Assembly: GCF_009914755.1 (NCBI RefSeq)
Contig: NC_060928.1
From: the human T2T-CHM13v2.0 reference genome, Homo sapiens
Strand: one strand, 5' to 3'
Length of the DNA: 64,000 nucleotides
Positions 28,342-42,200 of the stretch are shown here, in pieces. The notes beneath the pieces are model-generated. The model saw only the letters and a program-made list of their open reading frames with translations. It was not told the DNA's origin and did not search any database. The position numbers and the translations under genes are program-made. Position 1 is the first letter of the stretch; every line of letters begins with the position of its first letter.

Positions 28342-28359
28342 ATCTGAGTCACAGCACCA
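28342..28359 (-). other. Primer binding site for tRNA-His (two mismatches)
   Basis: TGGTGCTGTGACTCAGAT versus canonical TGGTGCCGTGACTCGGAT. Both changes are CpG-deamination type. Confidence 0.9.
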
Positions 28360-28361
28360 AA

Positions 28362-28760
28362 TTTCACTTGCATCCATGTGAAGAGATCATCAAACAGGCT
28401 TTGCGTGAGCAATAAAGCTTTTTAATCACCTGGGTGCAGGTGGGCTGAGTCCAAAAAGAGAGTCAGGGAAGGCAGATGGGGTGGGGCCATTTTATAGGAT
28501 TTGGGTAGGTAGTGGAAAATTGCAGTCAAAAGGGGTTGTTCTCTGGCAGGCAGGGGCAGGGGACACAAGGTGCTCAGTGGGGGAGCTTTTGAGCCAGGAT
28601 GAGCCAGGAGAAGGAATTTCACAAGGTAATGTCACCAGTTAAGGCAGAAACAGGCCATTTTCACTTCTTTTGTGATTATTCAGTTACTTCAGGCCATCTG
28701 GATGTATACGTGCAGGTCACAGGGGATATGATGGCTTAGCTTGGGCTCAGAGGCCTGACA
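28362..28760 (-). mobile_element. HERV-H 5' LTR (LTR7 family)
   Basis: Immediately followed by the PBS. Contains a CCTATAAAA TATA box and an ATTAAA variant poly(A) signal. Confidence 0.95.
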
Positions 28761-29329
28761 GCAACCTATGGGATGGGAAAAAATATTTGCAAACCATACA
28801 TCTGATGAGGGGTTAATATTCAAAACATATAAGAAGCTCAAACAACTCAATAGCAAGAAGATAAATTACCTGATTTTAAAATGGGCAAAGAACCCAAGTA
28901 GACATTTCACAAATGAAGACATACAAATGCCCAGAAGGTATATTAAAAAATGCTTAATATCACTAATCATCATGGAAAAGCAAATTAAAACCATAAGAGA
29001 ATCCCATCCCATACCAGTTAGAATGGCTTTTTTCAGAGACAAAAGACAATAAAAGTTGTCAAGGAAATGAAGAAAAAAGAGCCCTGTACGCTGTTGACAG
29101 TAAGGTGAATTAGTACAGCTATTATAAAAAATGGTATGAAGGTTTCTCAAAAAAATTAAAAATAGAACTATTATATTACCCAGCAATCCCACTTCTGGGT
29201 ATATAGCCAAAGGAAATAAAATCAGTATGTCAAATAGATAGCTGCACTTCCATATTTATTGCAACACTATTCACAATAGTCAATCTATGGAATCAACCTA
29301 AGTGTCCATTCATAAAAATAGATAAAGAT

Positions 29330-29700
29330 AATGATATATAACACATATTTTATAAATATATATTTTATATGTATTCATATATAACATATATTTATATATA
29401 ATATATTCTTTTATGTTATATGTATTATGTATAAAATAATATATTTTATTTATATTATAGATAATATATGAATACATTGTTTATGTATTATATAAAATAT
29501 GTTATATAAAACATGTTTTATATAAAATATATAATATATAATATATAATATATATTTGTAATATAAAATATATTATTTGTATAAATAATATATGATATAT
29601 TTTATTTGTATAAAATATATTTTTAAATATATACAAAATATATTATTTTCATATTATGTATTATGCATATATAATATGTATATATTACACATACATCTGA
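29330..29700. repeat. Degenerate (TA)n / AT-rich expansion in the L1 3' UTR
   Basis: ~370 bp of almost only A and T with repeated tatata motifs. Confidence 0.9.
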
Positions 29701-30239
29701 TACACATACGACAGAAATTCCACTTTTAAAAGAAGGAAATTCTGTCATTTGTAAAAACATGGATAAGCTTGGTGGACATTATTTTAACTGAGATAAGCCA
29801 GACAAAAGAAGACACATACTGCATGATCTCACTTATATGTGGAACCTTAAAAGTTGAACTAATGGAAGTAGAGAGAATTGTAGTAACTAGAGCTGGGATG
29901 TGGGTGGAGAGTTGGTGATATGTTGATTAAAGGACAGAAAATTTTAGTTGAATAGGGAGAGTGTGTTTAAGACATCAATTGTACAGCATGGTGACTGTAG
30001 TTAACAACAATGTATTGTATTTTGAAAATCACTGACAGAAGTTTCTCACCACAAAAAAATGATATGTAAGGTAATGTATCTGTTAACTAGCTTTATTAAG
30101 CCATTTCAAAATGTATACATATTTCAAAACAGTACATGATAAATATAAACCATTTTGTCAATTAAAGAATAAAAATAACATAAAAATAAATTATGGTTTT
30201 GGTTTCTTATTGAATTTTGAGAGTTATATATTTTTGTAC

Positions 30240-30380
30240 TTTTTATTATTATTATTAATATTATTAGAGATGAGGCCTTGCTCTGTCACCGAGGATATAG
30301 GGTGCAATCATAGTGCACAGCATCCTGAAACTCCTGGGCTCAAGCAATTCTCCTTCATTAGCCTCCCACCATGTTCAACT
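30240..30380 (-). mobile_element. Alu monomer (FLAM/FRAM-like)
   Basis: (TTA)n tail then gagatgaggccttgctctgtcacc...ctcctgggctcaagcaattctcc. Confidence 0.65.
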
Positions 30381-30384
30381 GGTT

Positions 30385-33085
<2,701 letters not shown>

Positions 33086-33221
33086 GTGAAAGACTCCTTT
33101 GTTATTATGAAATAATTTTATTATCCCTGGAAGTATTCTTTGCTCTCAAATATGCTTTGTCTTATAGTAACATACTTCTCCAGAACTCATTTGATGTTTG
33201 TTCGCATGGTATATATTTCAG

Positions 33222-33497
33222 GTTTTTTTTCTTTCTTTCTTTCTTTTTTTTTTTTTTTTGACATAAGGTCTTACTCTAATGCCCAGACTGAAGTACAGTG
33301 GCACAATCAGAGCTCACTGCAGCCTCCTGCCTCTAGGACTAGAGGCATGCATCACTGGGTATGGCTAATAAGGTTTAATTTTTTGTAGAGACAGGGCCTG
33401 ATTATATTGTTCAGGCTGGTCTTGAACTCCTGGCCTCAAGCAATCTTCCCATTTCCCAATGTGTTGGTATTACAGGCATGAGCCACTGCACCCAGCC
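33222..33497 (-). mobile_element. AluJ-like, diverged
   Basis: Antisense Alu with internal deletions. Confidence 0.85.
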
Positions 33498-33499
33498 TT

Positions 33500-35800
33500 T
33501 TGCCATCCTTTTAATTAATTGTGTCTTTGTATTTGAAGCATGTTACTTGTAGTCAGCTTATAATTGGGTCTTACTTTTTAAACTTTAACTTTTAGTTGGT
33601 ATTTAGACCATTTATATTTAATATGATTAAATTGCTAGACTTGAATCTCTCATCTTACCATGGGCTTTCCGTTTTTCCATTTGTTTATGTTCTCCTATTT
33701 CTCTTTTTCTGCTTTAATTGAATAAAATTAATGATTAAATCTTTCTGACTCTATTTTATCTCATTTGTTGGCCTATTAGGTACAACTCTCTATTTTGTTA
33801 TTTTATCAGTTGCTCTAGGGTTTATACTGTTCGTTTTTATGGTAATCCATTCTCCTTTCAAGTGACATTAAAACACCCTCTGCATGGTATAAGAATTTTG
33901 CCATCTATTTTAATTGCTTCCCTCCTGAGCTTTGTGCTATTTTTGCATTACAATTTAGATATATTTTAATCTCCAACTTTGTTGTTGTTGTTTAAACAGT
34001 CTATAGTCTCATGAAGACATTTCAATAATTAGAAAAAAAAACCCTGTGTATTTACTCTTGCAGTTACTTTGTGAGACAATTCTTAATGTGTTTGACAAGT
34101 TTTTGGAGATCTTGTGAGCAAAGACACTGACAGCTTTTGTTTCAGGTTTTATTTCCTGGGATATTTGTGTAGTGAATAGCCTAGAATGATTAAGATAGTG
34201 TCTACTTCTGGGACAGAGGACAAAAGATTTTGTTGTCTCTTATGCTGAAGATGATGCCTTCCATTCTGGCAAAGTTTAGACAGATTTGCTTACATTTCAT
34301 TATATATAGAAATGTGCATTTTACTATATTCAGGGTCTTTTAGTTGTGACACAAGGATCAATGTATATAATCCATCTAGGTCAGCTTACTTCACCCCATG
34401 GGACATGGGAGGTAAAAAGACTCAGCATGAACATGAAGCTCATACTGTTTGCTGTGTTATGACTTATAAAATTATTTGTCTCTGATCTAGGAACTCTGAA
34501 TCTTCTGCCAGCACTCATGAAACTGTGGAAGGTTAACTTCTTAACTTGCAGGCAGGGTAAAATCTCAGACCATCCACAATTTCTTATAATTACTGTTTCT
34601 GGGGCTCTTTCATTATGTTGATCCAGATTTTCCTCTGACATCATTTTCCTTCTGCCTGAAGGACTTCCTTTAGAATTTCTTGTAGTGTGTGGGACTACAT
34701 GTAATAAGTTCTTTCAGCTTTTGTATGTTAGAAAATGTATTAATTTTGCCTTTATTTCTTATAGAAATATTTCCTGAATGTAGGATTTTAGGTGGTCTTC
34801 TTTTTTTAAATTTCAGTCCTTTAAAATGTTCTTCCACTGTCTCCTTACCTATATTGTTTCCTACAGGAAATGTTCTGTTATCATCTTTGTTCTATGCATG
34901 ATGTGTCTTTTTCTTTGGCCTCTTTCCAGATTTTCTCTTTATCATTAGTTTGGAGAAATTTAGTTTTGTGTTTTGGTGTAGTTTACTTTATGATTTTATG
35001 CTTGGGGCTAAGCTTCTTTCATATATAAATTTATAATTTTCATCAAATTTAGAAGTGTTTAAACCATTATTTCCTCAAAGATTTTTACTGTCCTCCACTC
35101 TTCATTTTTCTTTGTAGACTCTATATATATTGAGGCTCTTGAATTATCCCATCACTCACAGATTTGTTTTTATGTTTTTCTTTAAATTATTTCCTTTTGG
35201 GTAATTTCTATTATTATGATTTCAAGATAGCTAATCTTTTCTTCTGTAATGTGCAATTTTTTATTAATCTCATTTAATGTATTTTTTCATCTCACCATTG
35301 TAATTTCCATTTCTAAAGCTTTGAATTGAGGTTCTTTTATTTTTATATTTTTATTTACATGTTTCATACCACTATTTAACTTTCAATTATCTGAAATCAG
35401 ACCAGGACTAAAATGAAGGATGAGACATATCATCTAGGTTCCAAAATTTAAGAAGGCACTCACTCTCAGGGATGCCCAAGTGCTAATTTTGCTCTGTTTG
35501 CAATACAGATTGAATAACACTTTTAATGTCCATATCTGCCAGTTTTTACATCTGTGTGAGTTATGGGTCCATTTCAGTTAATTGATTGATTGATTTTTCT
35601 CTTTGTAGGTCATATTTTCCTCCATTTTCATAATGCTTGATAATTCCTATTGAATGCCAGACTTTGTGAATTTTACCTATTTAGGTAGTGGATAATTTTA
35701 TACTTCCATAAATATTCTTAAACTTTGTTTTAGAATGCAGTTAATTTCCTTGGAAGCAGTATTATCCTTTCAGGTTTTACTTTTGAGATGGGGTACAGGG
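33500..35800 (-). mobile_element. Degenerate old L1M fragments, antisense
   Basis: T-rich sequence with L1 antisense motifs (e.g. gaaggacttcctttagaatttcttgtagtg). Confidence 0.55.
34068..34585 (+). mobile_element. LTR40-like (ERVL) solo LTR
   Basis: gagacaattct start and tcttctgccagcactcatgaaactgtgg...agggtaaaatctcagacc end. Confidence 0.65.
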
Positions 35801-35858
35801 GACTGGAGCAGGGCTAAGATGTGAGCCAATTATTTGCCACTCCTGAGGCAAGGCCATT

Positions 35859-38297
35859 TGATATGGTTTGGGTCTGTGTCACCACCCAAATACCATGTTG
35901 AATTGTAATATCCAGTGCTGGGGGAGGGACATGTTGAGAGGTGATTGGATCATGGGGACGATTTCCCCCTTGCTGTTCTCATGATAGTGAGTGAGTTATC
36001 AGGAAATCTGATGGTTTAAAAGTGTGTAGCAATTCCTCCTTGCTCTCCCTCTCTCCTGCTCTGCCATGGTATAAAGTGTTTGCTTCCCCTTTGCCTTCTG
36101 CCGTAAATGTAAGTTTCCTGAGGCCTCCCAGTCGTGCTTGCTGTTAAGCCTGCAGAACTCCAAGTCAATTAAACCTCTTTTCCTCGTAAATTGTCCAGTC
36201 TCGGGTAGCTCTTTATAGCAGTGTGAGAATGGATTAATACAGAAAATTGGTATTGGGAATGGGGCACTGCTATAAAGATACCTGAAAATGTAGAAGCAAC
36301 TTTGGAACTGGGTAGTGGGCAGAGGTTGGAACAGTTTGGAGGACTTAGAAGACAGCAAGAGGTGGGAAAGTTTGGAACTTCCTAGACACTTGTTGAATGG
36401 TTTTGACCAAATTGCTAATAGTAATATGGACAATGAAGTCCAGGCTGAGGTGGTCTCTGATGGAGATGATAAACATCTTGGGAAGTGGAGTAAAGGTCAC
36501 TCTTGCCATGCTTTCGTAAAGAGACTGGTAGCATTTTGCCCCTGCCCTAGAGATCTGTGGAACTTTGACCTTAAGAGAGATGATTGAGGTATCTCGCAGA
36601 AGAAATTTCTAAGCAGCAAAGCATTTGAGATGTGATCTGGCTGTTTCTGAAAGTGTGTGCTCATATGCATGAACAAAAAGAGTTATAAAACTGGAACTTA
36701 TATTTAAAAGGTAAGCAGAGCATAAAAGTTTGGAAAATTTGCAGCTTGACCATGTAGTAGAAAATAAAAACTCATTTTCTGGAGAGAAATTCAAGTTGGC
36801 TAAAGAAATTTGCATAAGTAATGAGGAGCCAAATGTTAATAGCCAAGCCAAAAAAAAATTCTCTCCAGGGCACTTCAGAAACCTTCACATCAGCCCCTCC
36901 CATCACAGGCCTGGAGACCTAAGAAGGTAAAATGGTTTCATGGGCCAGGCCCAGGGCCCAGCTGCTCTGTGCAGCATTGGAACATAGCACCCTGTATCCC
37001 AGAAGATCCAGCTCCAGCTGTGGCTAAAAGTGGTCATGGTACAGCTTGGGCTATTGCTTCAGGGAGTGAAAGCTGTAATCCTCGGCATCTTCAATGTGGT
37101 GTTGGGCCTGCAGGTGTGCAGAAGGCAAGAGCTGAGGTTTGGGAACCCCCACCTAGATTTCAGAGGATGTATGAAAATGACTGGATGTCTAGTCAGAAGT
37201 CTGCTGCAGGGTCAGAGTCCTCATGGAGAACCTCTAATAGGGCAGTGCAGAGGGAAAATGTGGGGTTGGAGCCCCCACACAGAGTCACCTCTGGGGCACT
37301 AGCTAGTGGAGCTGTGAGAAAAGAGCCACCGTCCTCCAGACCCCAGAATGGTAGACCCACTGACAGCTCTCACTGTGTGCCTGGAGAAGCCACAGGTACT
37401 CAACACTAGCCTGTGAAAGCAGACACAGAGGCTGCTTTCCCTGCAAAGCCACAGGAGCAGAGCTGCTCAAGGCCTTGGGAGCCCACCCCTTGCATCATTG
37501 AGCCCTGGATGTCAATGAGAAATGGAGTCAAAGGAGATTATTTTGGAGGCTTAAGATTTACTGATAGAGCTGCTGGGTTTTGGACTTGCATGGGGCCTGT
37601 AGCCCCTTTGTTTCTGCCAATTTCTCCTATTTGGAATGGGAGCTTTTATCCATTGCCCATAACTGTATCCTCATTGTATCTTGGAAGTAACTAACTTGTT
37701 TTGATTTTACAGTCTCACAGGTGGAAGGGACTTTCCTTGTCTCAGATGAGACTTTGGCCTTGGACTTTTGAGTTAATGCTGGAATGAGTTAAGACTTGAG
37801 AAGACTGTTGGGAAGCCATGATTGTGTTTTAAAATGTGAGAAGCACATGAGATTGGGGAGGGGCCACGGGTAGAATGATTTGGTTTGGGTCTGGGTCCCC
37901 ACCCAAATCTCATGTTGAATTGTAATTCAACAATTGCAATTGTTGAATTGTAACTGTTAATTACAATTCAATTGTAATTGTTGGGGGAGGGACCTGGTGG
38001 GAGGTGATTCCATCATGGGGGCAGCCTCCCCTTTGCTGTTCTCTTGGTAGTGAGTTCTTATGAGATCTGATGGTTTAAGAGTGTGTGCCACTTCCCCCTC
38101 TCTCTCTTTCTTGCTTCACCATGGTAAGACATACTTGCCTCCTCTTCACCTTCTGCCATGATTCTACGTTTCCTGAGCTTTCCTAGTAATTCTTCCTGTT
38201 AAGCCTGTGAAACTGTGAGTAAATTAAACCTTTTTTTCTTCATAAATTACCCAGTTTCAGGTAGTTAGTTATAGCAGTCTGAGAAGGGACTAATACA
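35859..38297 (+). mobile_element. Complete MaLR element (THE1D/MSTA-like): LTR 35859-36241, internal 36242-37875, LTR 37876-38297
   Basis: Both LTRs run TGAT.TGGTTTGG...TAATACA. 5-bp TSD CCATT (35854-35858 and 38298-38302). Typical MaLR internal sequence with a purine tract before the 3' LTR. Confidence 0.93.
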
Positions 38298-38471
38298 CCA
38301 TTTGTGTACTGTACTCAGTGCTCATGAATATTGAGTTTTTCCTCCCTGTGCCAGGGCCTGGATACTCTCCCAAGGTAATAAATGGGGGCAAATGTAGAAT
38401 CTTTTCTGTCCTCTCTCAGAGATCACGGTCCTTTATTGCCCCCTGTTCAGTTTATTTTAAATGATTGTTTT

Positions 38472-38777
38472 GGCCAGGTGCAGTGGCTTACGCCTGTAAT
38501 CCCAGCACTTTGGGAGGCTGAGGCAGGTAGATCATGAAGTCAGGAGTTCGAGACCAGCCTGACCAACATGGTGAAACCCAGTCTCTACTAAAAATACAAA
38601 AATTAGCCAGGTATGGTGGTGCACACCAGTAATCCCAGCTACTCAGAAGGCTGAGGCAGGAGGATCGCTTGAACTTGGGAGGCAGAGGTTGCAGTGAGCC
38701 GAGATCACACCACTACACTTCAGCCTGGGTGACAGAGTGAGACTCTGTCTCAATAAATAAATAAATAAATAAATAAA
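38472..38777 (+). mobile_element. AluS with (TAAA)n tail
   Basis: Full dimer. Confidence 0.95.
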
Positions 38778-39646
38778 TTAAATGTCTTATATGTTTTGTT
38801 TATTGTTTTCGATTACTTTAGGCAGGAGGATACAATCAAAACTTGTAACTCCATATTGGCTGAAGGCAAAATATCAAACACCTGAATTTTGAAAGTGCAT
38901 AACTTTTGACATAGCTACTCAGAGGAAATTACATCATCAAAATATGCCCACAGGAGGGCCTGGTTGTGTGTACAAAGATGTTTCCTACAGTAATAATTAT
39001 AACATAATTAAAATTACATCATATATTATATCAGAGGAATATAATTATATTTAAAATAGAGAAAAATTGGAAACCAAATTATAACATTTGGTCATTTGTT
39101 AGACCAAAGGTATAAATAACAATAAGGTATTAAAACATTTACAAGTATATGCCAAATGATTTAATACTAGGCATTTATTAGGAAGGAATATATTAACATA
39201 TTTGTTAACAGAGAAGAGATCATGAATATTTTTGAGAGAAAAAGCACCTTATAGAAAGACTGGCACATATAATATATGTCTATTTTATAATGTTATTTAT
39301 ATGTACATGTATATAACTTGTTTCCAAGAGAAAAAGTCTAGAAGGTTATAGCAAAACCACCTTATCTCTTTTGGATAACAGTATATCTTCATTTTAAAAA
39401 TCTTATTTATTTTATTCATACTTTTGACCATTTCTCATCAATATATGTCTTATACATATGTCTTATATAGTCATGTATCATGCAATGTTTGGTAAAATTT
39501 CATTTTGGAAAAAAAAAAACTCTTAAACTTACAAAAAAGTTGGAAGAATAATACAAGAGACTCCTAAATAGCTTTCACCTTATTTTACCAATTTTAACAC
39601 TTTTCCACAAATAGCAAATGGCAAATATTATTGTGAAATATTTTAG

Positions 39647-40245
<599 letters not shown>

Positions 40246-40813
40246 CTCACATAGGTACTTTTAAACTTGGTCCCAGAGGCACAGACTACCAACCTTATTT
40301 ATATCATTTAATTACAAATGCTTGCTACTGACCAGAATATATCCAAGGTAAGGTGTAGAATAATAAAAGTAAACCCATCTCCGTTATTCAGGGAAAAACA
40401 GCATTGTACTGTGCTGCTGATGGGTTGGAACACACTATTCAAATACAAATAACAGCATAACTCTTACATATAAAAATAGTTCCTGCATGTTCCTTTGGCA
40501 AAGCCTATTGGGATCAATCTGTTTGTTCTGTCTATAGCTTCCTGCCTGTTTCCTTCATCATAGTATCAATTCCTCTTCAAACAACATAAGGCCATGGGAC
40601 CACGGGGCTTATGCAGAAAGAAAAGAAAGCCATGAGGACCAAAATATTTGATTTGGATGTCTCCAGGGTATTTCCTAAGCTGGATAAAATGAATCAAGAT
40701 AAATTATTTGGGGACTGGATCTCATCCTCAGACCAATTTTATAAGAAAGTTGAATAGAAATAGATTTCTGTCTGCTTATTTTTTTTTCTCTCTTGGAGAC
40801 TTGAATCCTGATG

Positions 40814-40855
40814 CTTTTGCTCATCATCAGGAAACTTTTGCTCATCATCAGGAAA
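40814..40855 (+). repeat. Perfect 21-bp tandem duplication
   Basis: cttttgctcatcatcaggaaa occurs twice in tandem. Confidence 0.92.
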
Positions 40856-42064
40856 AACAGACTCAAAATGCCATTTGTAGTCCATGCCTTTGGTCTCTGA
40901 AACATCCCTTCAACCTCTGCACTTCTGTTTCAGTGCAGCTGTGGTGGACAGTTTCCTTTGCTCACACTCATCTTAGTTTCAGGCCCCAAGCCCCAGCAGA
41001 GTATCTTTCTTCATTCTGTACTCGGTCCTTAGACACAGAAGGAGCTCTTGTGGTCCACATGCCGGCACAGTGCAGGAATCTGGAAGAGTTTATGCCCCAG
41101 TGAGCAGCCCTCAACCAATGGGAGTGGATGGATAAATTCTACCATTTCTTCTTTCAAGGGTGCAGTTCCAGGGGGAGTCTGTACTTTTCAAGCACATGAA
41201 TGATGATTTCCACCTCACCTTCTCTGTTCCCTCACTCCTGCTTCTTAGGATAAACTGCAAGCATCCAAAGCTTTGTCTCAGCCTCTGCTTCTGTAAAACT
41301 GAAACTAAAACATCTTTCACTCTGTTGCTATATTTAATAACTTATTTACTGAAGGTAACTACATTTAACTCTACTTGCTTTATCAAATGCCTACAAGAGC
41401 AAGGACTCTGCATAATTTATCCACCATTTGTTCCCAGAGCCCAGTATAATGATTTGAGCAAGAAAGTCTGGGCCTTAAAAAAAAAAAAAAGAAAGAAAGA
41501 AAAATGAAATAGCAGAAAATTCCTTTCTTATGCATAATTTTTAAAAATAACATGTACTTCTTTCAGAATTGTATAAATACCACTCAAAAATCCTTAATTC
41601 ACCTTGTTTGATTTCATAACAACTACAGTTAAGGCAAAAAAAAAATGAACAGGCAGGAGAAATTTGTCAAATTATCAGTATGGAATCCATTAAAATCTAA
41701 TTGTTCCTGTCATACTCAGACTCTTTCAAGAAATTCAGTAAGATTATGTTCTCATGTGCCTAGAGAAATAGCATGAACTAGGTAAAATTCTCTTATTCTG
41801 GGATTCCTTAATGGTTTGTCCTATCAACATACCTACCACGGCATGCATTTTGTTATTGCCTCTTGGCTATCTGTCTTCCTACAAACTGTACACACTCTAA
41901 GGGTAGCAACCATGTTTGTCTTATTTGCTCCATAATCAAAAGTGCGTAGCTTCAATCCTGGAACTTGGTAAATCTCTGTAGTTATTCACTGAATTAATAA
42001 ATAAAAGCATCTTTTCCATTCCTTGCAAGGTGTGTTTGTTCTGCTCCTAATTAAGGTCAGTATA

Positions 42065-42200
42065 AAATGAGACAGGAGGATGAGAGAAGAGACAAGAGAG
42101 AGGAAAGGAGGGGAGAAAACAAAAGGGGAGGGGAGAAGAAAAGATTGGGAGATAGGAGTAGAGAGGAAGGGAAAGGAAGTGAGAAAAGACAAGGGGAGAG
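42065..42200 (+). repeat. GA-rich low-complexity polypurine tract
   Basis: ~135 bp of mostly G and A. Confidence 0.8.

Larger units (their letters stand above)
22976..28760 (-). mobile_element. HERV-H provirus, common internally deleted ~5.8 kb form with LTR7-family LTRs
   Basis: Two ~400 bp LTRs (TGTCAGGCCTCTGAGCCC...TGAAA on minus), 5-bp TSD GCAAC (22971-22975 and 28761-28765), tRNA-His PBS, and gag/pro/pol remnants. Confidence 0.96.
21995..30190 (+). mobile_element. L1 (L1MA-like) with inverted 5' segment (~21995-22378), interrupted by HERV-H
   Basis: ORF2-like sequence is continuous across the HERV-H TSD (AAGTGAAGAGGCAAC|CTATGGGATGGGAAAAAATATTTGC). L1 3' UTR and A-rich tail at ~30160-30190. 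Antisense ORF2 peptide [16 protein letters not shown] in the inverted part. Confidence 0.82.

Noticed and set aside
35999-37694. Cluster of 66-146 aa ORFs
   Set aside because: They are broken pieces of the MaLR internal region and its antisense strand.
42065-42200. Polypurine tract as H-DNA or a charged ORF (42067-42255)
   Set aside because: Low-complexity sequence without a clear long mirror repeat. The ORF reflects base composition.
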